Source: Macrostomum hystrix (taxonomy: Eukaryota; Animalia; Platyhelminthes). Taken from it: a stretch of 64,000 nt of DNA. The stretch's first letter is position 1, and each line of letters opens with the position of its first letter. A program made the translations under genes and the position numbers. The stretch spans positions 2,480,001-2,544,000 of the forward strand of contig CATNEN010000038.1 in the NCBI GenBank assembly GCA_950097015.1. The letters run 5' to 3'. The notes beneath the pieces were generated by a model that was not told the origin of the DNA, ran no database searches, and worked only from the letters and a program-made list of their open reading frames with translations. This document shows, piece after piece, positions 53,861 to 64,000 of this stretch.

Positions 53861-54417
53861 ATCGCCGATTCTCCCCGATCCTCATTGTGGATCGCCGATT
53901 CTCTCCCCAATCCTCATTGTGGATCGCCGATTCTCTCCCGAGTCCCCAATCCTCATTGTGGATCGCCGATTCTCTCCCCAATCCTCATTGTGGATCGCCG
54001 ATTCTCTCCCGAGTCCCCAATCCTCATTGTGGATCGCCGATTCTCTCCCCAATCCTCATTGTGGATCGCCGATTCTCTCCCGAGTCCCCAATCCTCATTG
54101 TGGATCGCCGATTCTCTCCCCAATCCTCATTGTGGATCGCCGATTCTCTCCCCAATCCTCATTGTGGATCGCCGATTCTCTCCCGACTCCCCAATCCTCA
54201 TTGTGGATCGCCGATTCTCTCCCAATCCTCATTGTGGATCGCCGATTCTCTCCCAATCCTCATTGTGGATCGCCGATTCTCTCCCCAATCCTCATTGTTG
54301 ATCGCCGATTCTCTCCCCAATCCTCATTGTGGATTGCCGATTCTCTCCCCAATCCTCATTGTGGATTGCCGATTCTCTCCCCAATCCTCATTGTGGATCG
54401 CCGATTCTCCTCAATCC
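53861..54417. repeat. 32-bp minisatellite (aatcctcattgtggatcgccgattctctcccc) with 40-bp variants
   Basis: Direct periodicity, ~115 nt after the UBE2C stop. Confidence 0.93.
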
Positions 54418-55177
54418 GCATTATGTATAGGCGATCATTTTCGCAACTTAACTACTTTGAGTTAATATATTCGATATCTTTCCTTTATCAAATTCCAATC
54501 TTGCTGATGAACTTTAGAAACCGTTATATTGTTGTCTATCTAGGTATTTTTGTACATAATGAAATGCCACTCGCTGCTGGTTATTCTCATTGTTAATTTT
54601 GCTTTAGTTGTTAACCTCCTATAATATGGCAGTCATCTACACTTGCTTTCATTAACAACATTCAAATTTGTGTTGTGTCACATTGTGCAGAATTGGAATT
54701 ATCTTGATTATGATGACTTATATCGTCAGATTAGGTTTCTGTTGTCTCTAGCACTATCCAATCGTGAGCTAAAGTGAACCTGTTTTGAGTTGTAAGCACT
54801 TGTTGACTGGTTTTAACTGTTATTGTATAAAAGTGCATTTCCTTTTAACGGCATTAATAGCACTGCATTATCAGGTGTATTATGTAAGCCTCTGTAACAT
54901 TAATTGTACAACTGATTTAACATTGGTCTGTCTCTGACAAGGTGCCCCAATGTACTTGTTTCATACTTGCACGGGCTTGTGTGAAATCAAGACTAGTGCG
55001 AATGATAATTCTGAAACTTCTTATTTCAGTCAGGTTTTTTGCATTCTTTTGTCACTATGGTTCTCTATTGCATACAATATAACTGCTAAATACTACTGAT
55101 GACGCCAGCCGAACAGTAGTACAATAACCATTGCTGTTTGCCAGCTTACTTTAAATTATTTTTTCATCCCAATCTTT

Positions 55178-56108
55178 AGCTTCTCTGACATCACTGAGCT
55201 TCTCTGACATCACTGAGCTTCTCTGACATCACTGAGCTTCTCTGACATCATTGAGCTTCTCTGACATCACTGAGCTTCTCTGACATCACTGAGCTTCTCT
55301 GACACCACTGAGCTTCTCTGACATCACTGAGCTTCTCTGACATCACCGAGCTTCTCTGACATCACTGAGCTTCTCTGACATCACTGAGCTTCTCTGACAT
55401 CACTGAGCTTCTCTGACACCACTGAGCTTCTCTGACATCACTGAGCTTCTCTGACATCACTGAGCTTCTCTGACATCATTGAGCTTCTCTGACATCACTG
55501 AGCTTCTCTGACATCACTGAGCTTCTCTGACATCACTGAGCTTCTCTGACATCACTGAGCTTCTCTGACATCATTGAGCTTGTCTGACATCATTGAGCTT
55601 CTCTGACATCACTGAGCTTCTCTGACATCATTGAGCTTCTCTGACATCATTGAGCTTCTCTGACATCACTGAGCTTCTCTGACATCATTGAGCTTCTCTG
55701 ACATCATTGAGCTTGTCTGACATCACTGAGCTTCTCACTGACATCACTGCGCTCTGACATCATTGAGCTTCTCTGACATCACTGAGCTTCTCTGACATCA
55801 CTGAGCTTCTCACTGACATCACTGCGCTCTGACATCACTGAGCTTCTCTGACATCACTGAGCTTCTCTGACATCACTGAGCTTCTCTGACATCACTGAGC
55901 TTCTCACTGACATCACTGCGCTCTGACATCACTGAGCTTCTCTGACATCACTGAGCTTCTCTGACATCACTGAGCTTCTCTGACATCACTGAGCTTCTCA
56001 CTGACATCACTGCGCTCTGACATCACTGAGCTTCTCTGACATCACTGAGCTTCTCTGACATCACTGAGCTTCTCACTGACATCACTGCGCTCTGACGTCA
56101 TTGAGCTC
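55178..56108. repeat. 19-bp minisatellite (cactgagcttctctgacat)
   Basis: Direct periodicity. Confidence 0.95.
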
Positions 56109-56946
56109 TGAGATGACAAATTTTCATAAGATCACACAGACGCAAAGACACGTATTACGTGTACTCGTATTCTCGTATTTAACAAAGTCATTTAACTAAG
56201 TTATAGAGAGAGGAGTGTTCCTCTCCCTTCACATTCAATTTGAACTATTTTACGTCAATTTATTTGTCATGAAATTCGGAAATAGCATAGGATAGGATAT
56301 TCAATGTTTATTATACATGAACAACCGGTGCAAAGCTAGTTATGATTTACACCTGTCCTGCATTGTAGTGATCTGGTTAGGTGATTATCTTGCAGAAAAA
56401 TAGCAGAGTTTTCATAAGCCTTCATTTGGGATCTATTCAGCATTGGGCTATGGCAGCAAGAAGTACATGTGTAGTCATTGTTTTTTTTATTGCTCATGGG
56501 CTTCAGACCAAAGATTCTGTAGCCAAGGACAGTGCACGAATGAGCTCACACTTCTCTGAAATTCAAGCGGGGCAGTTTTTATGTATCTGATTAAACAAAA
56601 CTCTAAATAGATAATCCGGGCTTCAATCCGTAGAAGCGTCTATCTTTAGCAGCAGCTTGAAACCGGGGAGCTATTTACAAGCAGTTTGGTCCCGCACCTG
56701 AGCATCGTTTCCAAATCCCTGCAGGCTGTAAATCTATGTCGAATCTTTCGCTGGCCGCAATTGCTCAGAATCACGAAATGCAACAATTTGGCTATTGTGA
56801 AAGTGCAGCGCCTTCAGCGCTCGTGAATTTACTGCGCGAATTTTCCTTGCAAGCCGCACCCTGATCTGCAGATGTTCCCCGGCCTGCAATTTAAGGACAA
56901 CTCACTTCTCATCTCATCTCAACTATCCGATTATTCTTCCATGCAC

Positions 56947-57488
56947 CTCCTTCCGTCTCTACTTCTCTCCTTCCCTCTCCACTTCTCTCCTTCCCTCTCT
57001 ACTTCTCTCCTTCCCTCTCTACTTCTCTCCTTCCCTTCCCCTTCTCTCCTTCCCTCTCTACTTCTCTCCTTCCCTCTCTACTTCTCTCCTTCCCTTCCCC
57101 TTCTCTCCTTCCCTCTCTACTTCTCTCCTTCCCTCTCTACTTCTCTCCTTCCCTTCCCCTTCTCTCCTTCCCTCTCTACTTCTCTCCTTCCCTTCCCCTT
57201 CTCTCCTTCACTCTCCACTTCTCTCCTTCCCTCTCTACTTCTCTCCTTCCCTCTCTACTTCTCTCCTTCCCCCTCAACTTCTCTTCTTCCCTCTCCACTT
57301 CTCTCCTTCCCTCTCTACTTCTCTCCTTCCTTCTCCCCTCTCTCCTTTCCTCTCCCCTCTCTCCTTTCCTCTCCCCTTCTCTTCTTTCTTTCTCCCCTTC
57401 TCTCCCCCGCCACTTTTTCTCTCCTTTCTTTCTCCCCTTTTCTTCCGTGTCCCCATTCTCATCTTTCTCTCCTTCCCTCTTCCTCTCT
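56947..57488. repeat. Polypyrimidine low-complexity / ~20-bp repeat (cttctctccttccctctcta)
   Basis: Composition and periodicity. Confidence 0.88.
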
Positions 57489-57885
57489 ATCATATATTAC
57501 CTATAACTATGGCTATATACTTTTATTAATAGTTAAATTTGCACTCATTCTTGCGGTGTTCATTTTAGTGCATCGCTCAAGCCATTGATCTTTTTATGGC
57601 CCTTTCTATTGAGACAAATTCTGGACATCAGGGCTCTCTCAAGGCTATTATCTAATTTCATCTGCCGCTGTCGGTATAACAAAAAATTGTGCCCTGCCGC
57701 TGCTCTCAGTGATCCGTGAAGTGGATTAGCGACACGGCGCTGTTCCACGCGCTTGATTGCTTTAACAGACCCGCAATAAATCAAGCACTCACCGAACAGA
57801 CAACCAACTGGAATTCGTCCAATTAGTACTGTATTGCTGGTACCGGTTCGGAATAAATATTGATTTTAGAAAAACTGTAAAGAAT

Positions 57886-58240
57886 TGTCTCTTGCTTCGA
57901 TTCCAGAAATGTCTCTTGCTTCGATTCCAGAAATGTCTCTTGCTTCGATTCCAGAAATGTCTCTTGCTTCGATTCTAGAATATCTCTTGCTTCGATTCAA
58001 GAAATGTCTCTTTGTTTCAGAAATATCTTGCTGCGATTCCAGCTATGACAGGCCCTGCTGCGATTCCAGCTATGACAGACCCTGCTGCGATTCCAGCTAT
58101 GACAGGCCCTGCTGCGATTCCAGCTATGGCAGACCCTGCTGCGATTCCAGCTATGACAGACCCTGCTGCGATTCCAGCTATGACAGACCCTGCTGCGATT
58201 CCAGCTATGACAGACCCTGCTGCGATTCCAGCTATGACAG
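57886..58240. repeat. Adjacent 24-bp (gaaatgtctcttgcttcgattcca) and 27-bp (ctgctgcgattccagctatgacagacc) minisatellites
   Basis: Direct periodicity; both contain a cgattccag core. Confidence 0.9.
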
Positions 58241-58277
58241 TATTGGCACAATAAAAACTCCTGATCTGGCAACTCAC

Positions 58278-58571
58278 GGAGCCTGTCCAGAAGAGCTGAT
58301 GTAGGTCATCAGCCGTCGCCTCTCTGGTGTCATCTCCCGAGCTGGGATCAGAGCCTCGGCTGCAGCTACTGCGTCCATTGAGGAGCCGTCGTCTTCCACC
58401 GAGTTGCTCCTCTGCTGCAATTCTCTCGTTTGCTTCGACTGCTGCTGCTGCTGCTTCTTCATCGGTAACTGGCCTGGCGCAGTGCTAGTTGAGCTGGGAG
58501 CCGAGCGCTCGCGGTGATGCTGGGCCAGGTACCATTGCTGAAGCACCGTGTGACGATGCTGCTGCTGCAGA

Positions 58572-58612
<41 letters not shown>

Positions 58613-58626
58613 TTGTTGTTGCTGCT

Positions 58627-58676
<50 letters not shown>

Positions 58677-59956
58677 TGTTGAAAAACCGAGTCATTGTTG
58701 ACAAATTAGTACTTTGTGATTAATAAACTGACTGCACTGAACTTTTATCAACTTCAAATTCATAAAAAAAATTCAACATCGACTGCCTTGACCTTATCCG
58801 TGACCTTACCCTTGGTGAGGATAGCTGCTGCTGCTGTGGAAATCGTGGTTCCCGCTCGATGGCATCCAACTCGCTGCTGCTGTGGGCTGCGTGAATCCTA
58901 ACCGAGGTGGCGGTGGTGGCGACCTCCAGCAGGGTGGTGGCGCGGACCTTCCGGCCGCCAGAGTGCAGCTCGGGCGAGGCCAGAGGCGAAGGCTCTTTAA
59001 AAAATGCCGGCGCCGGTTGCTGCTGCAGGTGAGGAAGCGAATGCCTGGGCTGAGGCGGCGGAGACAGGCTCTCGGAGTGCCAGCGCACCGGCTTCTGATG
59101 ACAGCCGGACCTCCTGGTGCTGGCGGCGTCGGCGATCGGCTCGGCTGGAGCTGCAGAGGCAGCCGTCAATTGCAGCTGGACGATCGAGAAGAAGGTTATT
59201 AAATCGCAGCTTTAATTCTGATTGCCATTGTGAATTTATGGTCTGACTCATGCCACTTGCTCAACTGTACTCTAATCGCACCTGCAAGACGCTCTGCGCC
59301 TGTCGGAGTTTCTCCACCCAGTCATCGCAGAGTCGCTGCTCCGCCATGGTGACGCTCAGCAGGCCGTCAAGGCTTTTGAAGTCCGTCAGGGCGGCGAGAA
59401 CCAGAGAAGCTGCGGGTTTAGTGTGTGATGATGGTCCTAAAATTAGTATTTGTTGCTATATAATCGGCTGCTTAGGACCGGCAACTCACTGTTATCCAGC
59501 CGGCAGACTTCCAGCTTGTCAAGGCGCACCGGTGACCTCAACAAACGCAGCTGCTGACGCTTGCCGCTCACCTTTGTGACTAGAATGAGATCCGTGAACA
59601 GCAGGAGGTGGGCGTCGATCCACTGCAGCGGATTTCGGATGTGATTTAAAAGCTTCAGCACTTCAATAGTACTATCACAGGGTGCACGACTGCAACTATA
59701 CCTTTCCTCGCTCGTCCTTCAGCTTGACGTCGCTCTCCAGAAGCTTCCGCCTCGGCTGTCCATTGTGCAGCATGGCGCAGCGTAGATTCAAGCGATACTT
59801 GCTCAACTGGCTGGAGCAGTCCTCCCCTAGCGAGTCCAACTGCTCGCTAGTCTTGACGTCCTCGAGGCGTTCGGCCACCTTTTGCATCTCCTCTTCATCG
59901 GCCTTGTCCTGGTAGAGGCTGTTCATCCGGTTGCAGAACTCGGACACACTGCTGAT
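58278..59956 (-). CDS. PLEKHG5: PLEKHG5/6-like DH-PH RhoGEF, 3' portion; exons 59702-59956, 59490-59622, 59282-59409, 58810-59175, 58278-58675 (last exons unresolved, 5' exons outside the window)
   Basis: The spliced translation ISSVSEFCNRMN...RRKLLESDVKLKDERGK-WIDAHLLLFTDLILVTK...LLRSPVRLDKLEVCRL-TSLVLAALTDF...LCDDWVEKLRQAQ matches the DH end and PH domain of the PLEKHG5 family as I recall it. GT-AG sites are phase-consistent; a polyQ-rich tail follows. Confidence 0.8.
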
Positions 59957-61360
59957 CTGAGCAGCGAGTTGGCGTGAATATTGTATCGAAGAGCAGTGCC
60001 TCTTCTCTTTGATGTTTTATCTATATTTTTTATACATACATGTACTCTCGCATTGTTTTAACCACCTTACTAACTCCTATATTTTCCAAGGCTTGCTTTT
60101 GCTCGCTCTCAATTTTATAAATCTTTTGAGGTCCTGTTTCTGCACTCATCCGCGTCGGTCGCTCTCTCACCCAAGGACTACTAAAACGAATACTAAAAAA
60201 ATTCTCCCACCCTGTGTGATTGTGAGTGCCTTTATGTGTATTACTCGTCACGTGATTCTTTAAGCTGCTTGTTTGGGGTGTCTGCCTCTCGTGATCCCTA
60301 AAGACATTGTGCCTATTTACTTGCACTCAAGGGTCATGTTCTATTTTTAGCTGCAACTGCAAGTCTGCGTGTCCTTGGGGCTCTCCCTCCTACGCTACGT
60401 ATGAGTGACGTCAGTGCTATTTTTAGCAACAGACCTCTTTGTCACGGATCAGTCCTTTTTACTGCAGTCAGTTTTAACTAATATAAACTAACGTGATTCC
60501 ACTCTAACTCTAACCCGTGATTCCACTCTATTCCGGTTTATCACTCAGTTTATTCCCTGCCAGTTAGTTAGTTATCTGAACCCCTTCGACTGGAATTCAA
60601 CCGAGGCTTCAGATTGGAGCCTCTTGTCTCGTGAGTTGGTTGATCTCTATTTCAATCGGGGCAAACAATTCAGTGCGAATAAGCACTCATTGCTCGCACC
60701 GGCGGGACACAGTGCCTGTGAGGTATGGGTCAGTCCAGGCCCACGGGCTTTGGTCTGCGATGCCTCACACCTGCAGCCGTTTTTTGAGCAGGCCTGGCAG
60801 GAAGGAGACCTGTACCTTCGGGTGCAGGAATCCCTCCAACGCTGTCCCGTCAGCTGACCCATGGGTACACGTCCCGCGAGTGTTCAAGGCTGACCCTAGG
60901 GCAGCCGGACAGAATGGGCAACAGCGCTGGATGACCCATCCAGGGCCTCCGGCCAAACTGGGTACCTCTAGCCCCGGCTGGAGGGAAAGGTGTCACCCTT
61001 TGACCTTAACAGGGTATGTGGCTTGTCCGCAATTTTCGTGCACCTGTGCGTGATCAGGTACCTCTGGCTACGGCCCTGAGGGACAGGTGTCACCCTTTGA
61101 CCTTAACAGGGTTTGCGGCCAGCCCGCAGGCCTCGGCGCCGGCTCAATGGCACCCTCCAATGTCCCAGTGTTGACCGTGCTGATGGACGCTTGGCCAGGG
61201 AGTAGTCTGGTCTCTTACGGTTCCTCCCGGTGGTCCTGGCATCCCACCCCGGGTTGTAACTTGTCTTTTTTGGCTGCCCCCGCTCAGTTTTGGGATCGCG
61301 GCTGAGCGGGTTATTCCTGCCTGTGTCTACAGGAAGCCCCTCTCTTCATTGCAGCTTTCA

Positions 61361-62908
61361 ATGGCTTCTAGCCCTTCAACTGCTCCGGCCGAGGACACCA
61401 TGGTGCCTGAGGCCATACACGCTGCGGCGCCCGGGCTAGCTGGCCCCGCGACCGCCACAAATGCCGCGCTGCCCAACTCGCGCGATGACCGGGGCGCTAA
61501 GCGCTCCACCACCTCTGGAGCGGCAAAACGCCGTAGGCGCATGCTGGCCCACGGCACGTCGGCTCCATTGACCAAGGACCAGGCCCAGGCCAGAGGGGCC
61601 GAAGGGGCTCTGCCTAGGGCGGGGGCTGGGGCGGGGGGCCTTGTGCCTCCTGCCCAGGCTCCTGCACGGGGCGGAGCCCACGACGCCCCGAGGCCAGGGT
61701 CGCGGGCCAAGGAGGGCCCGGCGCCCATCCGGACGGCTGCCCGGCCCGAAGGAGAAGCGGAGGCGGAGGGCCCTGTGCCCACCGCCGACGCAGATCCCGA
61801 GGGTGGGGACGCCACCGGACAGGGCCCGGGACCACAAGCTACCTACGCCGCCATCGCACGTAGGCAACCTGCCGTCATCATCACCGGCAGAGACGGGAAA
61901 AGGCTGAGCAGCGAACAGCTCAGCGACATTTGCCGCAACATAGATGCTATGTTGTGGCAACTTCAACTGAAGGGCGAGCCCCTGGCGGTCGGCGCAAGCG
62001 CTACCAGGGAATCGTGCTTCGTCGTCTGGCCCGGCGATGCGGAATCGGGGCGGCGGCTCCTCGAGTTGCTGCCCACGCAGAGCTGGGCGGCTGGCCTCGA
62101 GTTCCTACGGGAGAACGAGCCACCAAAGACCAAGCGACACCGTATCTTCGTCCCGGCGAAAAGTGTCGTCACCAGCGCTGAGGACCTCCGCAGAGGCCTC
62201 ATCGCGATGAACCGGGAGCTGCCGACAGCGGGCCTGATCGTGCACCGCACGATCCTGCGCCCCGACGGCACCGGTTTCACCGCCATTCTGGGCCTGTCCG
62301 AGCAATGGACACGCCGCTACCCAGATGGCGCCAACATTTGCATTGGTCTGTGGAAGACCAAAATCTTCGCCTTCGAGGCGGATAAAACCCGAGGTCAGAC
62401 CGGGCCCACCACCGTACCGGCCAATGAAGGGTCCTCGGACCCCAAGGCTGGGACTGGGGGCAGGGCCCAGTCGTCCCGCCAAAAAAGGCCAGAGCGTGCC
62501 ATCGCTGGCAGCTCTGAGCGTCGCCCCGCGCGTGTCACAAAGCGCCGGGGCCTTCTCCAGCGGGCCTCCGAGGTGGTGCGAACCGCCAAGATGGCCCAGC
62601 TGCGCGCTGAGATGCGCGGTGGCCCACCGGGGCAGGCGCCGCAACCAAGGGCTACGGGGGAGGCCTCAGAGGTGCCCAGCTCCATCGAGCAGGGCCCTTC
62701 GAGCGCCCCTCCCACGGCCCAGGGAGCGGTGTCGGCTCCAGCTGAGGGCGACTCTGGGCCTGGGCTCGGGGCCGGGGGCGGGGACTGGGCGGCTGACGCC
62801 GTCGAGTTCCCGTCTCCGGCTCGGGGCCTGGGCACGGAGGAGCCCATGGCTACCGACATCGACCCGGAGGAGGAGGACCGCCTTCTGGCTGGGTCCCCCT
62901 CCAAGTAG
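61361..62908 (+). CDS. Retrotransposon ORF1 (gag-like nucleic-acid-binding protein), ~515 aa
   Basis: Open ORF directly before the APE ORF; basic patch (SGAAKRRRR), TYAAIAR motif, central globular region, acidic end (EEEDRLL), as seen in LOA/R1-type ORF1s. Confidence 0.8.
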   Translation: MASSPSTAPAEDTMVPEAIHAAAPGLAGPATATNAALPNSRDDRGAKRSTTSGAAKRRRRMLAHGTSAPLTKDQAQARGAEGALPRAGAGAGGLVPPAQAPARGGAHDAPRPGSRAKEGPAPIRTAARPEGEAEAEGPVPTADADPEGGDATGQGPGPQATYAAIARRQPAVIITGRDGKRLSSEQLSDICRNIDAMLWQLQLKGEPLAVGASATRESCFVVWPGDAESGRRLLELLPTQSWAAGLEFLRENEPPKTKRHRIFVPAKSVVTSAEDLRRGLIAMNRELPTAGLIVHRTILRPDGTGFTAILGLSEQWTRRYPDGANICIGLWKTKIFAFEADKTRGQTGPTTVPANEGSSDPKAGTGGRAQSSRQKRPERAIAGSSERRPARVTKRRGLLQRASEVVRTAKMAQLRAEMRGGPPGQAPQPRATGEASEVPSSIEQGPSSAPPTAQGAVSAPAEGDSGPGLGAGGGDWAADAVEFPSPARGLGTEEPMATDIDPEEEDRLLAGSPSK

Positions 62909-62920
62909 ACCTCTGCCTGC

Positions 62921-64000
62921 ATGATGATCCCCGGAATATCATGTCTGCAAGTTAACACCCAGCACTGCGTGGCAGCATCAGTCAATCTGATGCGCACGAC
63001 AGAGCGCATGATGCCGGGCCTTGTACTTGTGCAGGAGCCCTGGCTATCAAAGAACAAGCCAAGCAACATTCCTGCTGGCTATGACTGCTTCTGCATGGCA
63101 GACTCTGTCCGCCCTAGATCACTGATCTATGCCGCAAAAGCCTTAAATGCGTGGATGAGACCCGATCTCTCTAACGGGGACATCTGCGTCATCCAATCTG
63201 CACACATTGTGCCTAACAAGTTGACCCTCGTGGCATCCGCCTACCTGGCAGGCGACGCCCCCGTGGTTAGCGATACCCTCGTCGCCCTCTGTGAATTCGC
63301 CAGGGCACGAAACTTCGAGCTGCTCCTCGCGGGAGATGTAAACTCGCATCACACCCACTGGGGTAGCTCAAAAATCAATGACCGCGGCGAAGAGCTCCTG
63401 GCCTTCGTCAGCGGCACGCCTCTAAACTTCTGCAATGTGGGCAACACGCCCACTTTCGACAATGGGCGGTGGGCTGAGGTGCTTGACGTCACCCTGGCCT
63501 CACCCGGCATCCTCCCAAGGATGCTGGGGTGGGAGGTGTGGGAGACCGAAAGCTCGCTCTCGGACCACCGTTTCATCCGTTTCAACATCGGCACCCCCGA
63601 TAAGAAGCAAAAGCCTATTTGGAGGCGTAATGTCAGAAATACCGACTGGCCCGCGTTCAGCCAAAAGCTGCATGAGGGCCTTCGGGATTCTGACCCCTCC
63701 ATGGCCATGGAAACCACGCAGGACCTGGATGGAGTGGCTGCCCTGCTGGGCGGCGCCATCACAGAGGCCTACGAAATGGCTTGCCCGCTCAAAGCCTACA
63801 AAGGCAAAAAATCGGCCCCCTGGTGGAACCCCGAGCTCGGAGTCCTAAGACGCCGAGCTAAGGCTCTCCAGAGGAAGCTGAAAACCTCGCACGACCCTGA
63901 TGACAAAGAGGCCTATACTCGCGCCATCCATGAGTTTAAGGGCCGGGTCAGAAGGGCAAAAGCGGACAAGTGGCGACAATACTGCGAAGGGCTTGAGGGC
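62921..64000 (+). CDS. Retrotransposon ORF2 N-terminus: apurinic-like endonuclease (partial, open at window end)
   Basis: CLQVNTQH, LVQEPW, ASAY, AGDVNSHHTHWGS, NDRGEEL, NVGNTPTF, VLDVTL, SDHRFIRF, then linker TDW and PWWNPEL. Confidence 0.93.
   Translation, partial: MMIPGISCLQVNTQHCVAASVNLMRTTERMMPGLVLVQEPWLSKNKPSNIPAGYDCFCMADSVRPRSLIYAAKALNAWMRPDLSNGDICVIQSAHIVPNKLTLVASAYLAGDAPVVSDTLVALCEFARARNFELLLAGDVNSHHTHWGSSKINDRGEELLAFVSGTPLNFCNVGNTPTFDNGRWAEVLDVTLASPGILPRMLGWEVWETESSLSDHRFIRFNIGTPDKKQKPIWRRNVRNTDWPAFSQKLHEGLRDSDPSMAMETTQDLDGVAALLGGAITEAYEMACPLKAYKGKKSAPWWNPELGVLRRRAKALQRKLKTSHDPDDKEAYTRAIHEFKGRVRRAKADKWRQYCEGLEG

Larger units (their letters stand above)
60580..64000 (+). mobile_element. 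Non-LTR retrotransposon (LOA/R1-group-like), 5' UTR plus ORF1 and start of ORF2; antisense, probably inside a RhoGEF intron; continues past the window
   Basis: Shift to higher GC near 60580, two open ORFs, APE endonuclease motifs. The 5' boundary is approximate and no TSD is visible. Confidence 0.88.

Noticed and set aside
56590-57810. Final RhoGEF exons (possible 15-nt microexon ~57793-57807 and terminal exon ~56600-56884)
   Set aside because: Splice sites are plausible, but there is no homology support to choose among models.

Overview
Eukaryotic (metazoan) genomic DNA with spliceosomal introns and about 40% tandem repeat (over 20 unrelated minisatellite arrays by my hand tally). This is reminiscent of a flatworm such as Macrostomum, which is inference only. 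Host genes: an intronless DEG/ENaC channel (-), a multi-exon PKA catalytic subunit (-), farnesyl/geranylgeranyl-transferase alpha subunit FNTA (+, 2 coding exons), UBE2C (+), and the 3' half of a PLEKHG5-like DH-PH RhoGEF (-). Mobile DNA: a 5'-truncated non-LTR retrotransposon (RT, RNase H, CCHC; LOA/R1-group-like) inserted in a minisatellite, the 5' part of a second non-LTR element (ORF1 plus APE-ORF2) running off the right end, and a tRNA-headed CORE-like SINE whose core has expanded into a 17 x 41 bp array. The main finding, absent from the ORF track, is that the PKA gene has two tandem 127-bp copies of the catalytic-loop exon (YRDLKPEN). They differ at 13 of 42 residues and must be spliced mutually exclusively to keep frame. 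At least four candidate phase-1 alternative N-terminal exons lie upstream, none starting with the myristoylated MGN, suggesting a combinatorial PKA isoform system. Most long ORFs in the track are translations of tandem repeats.
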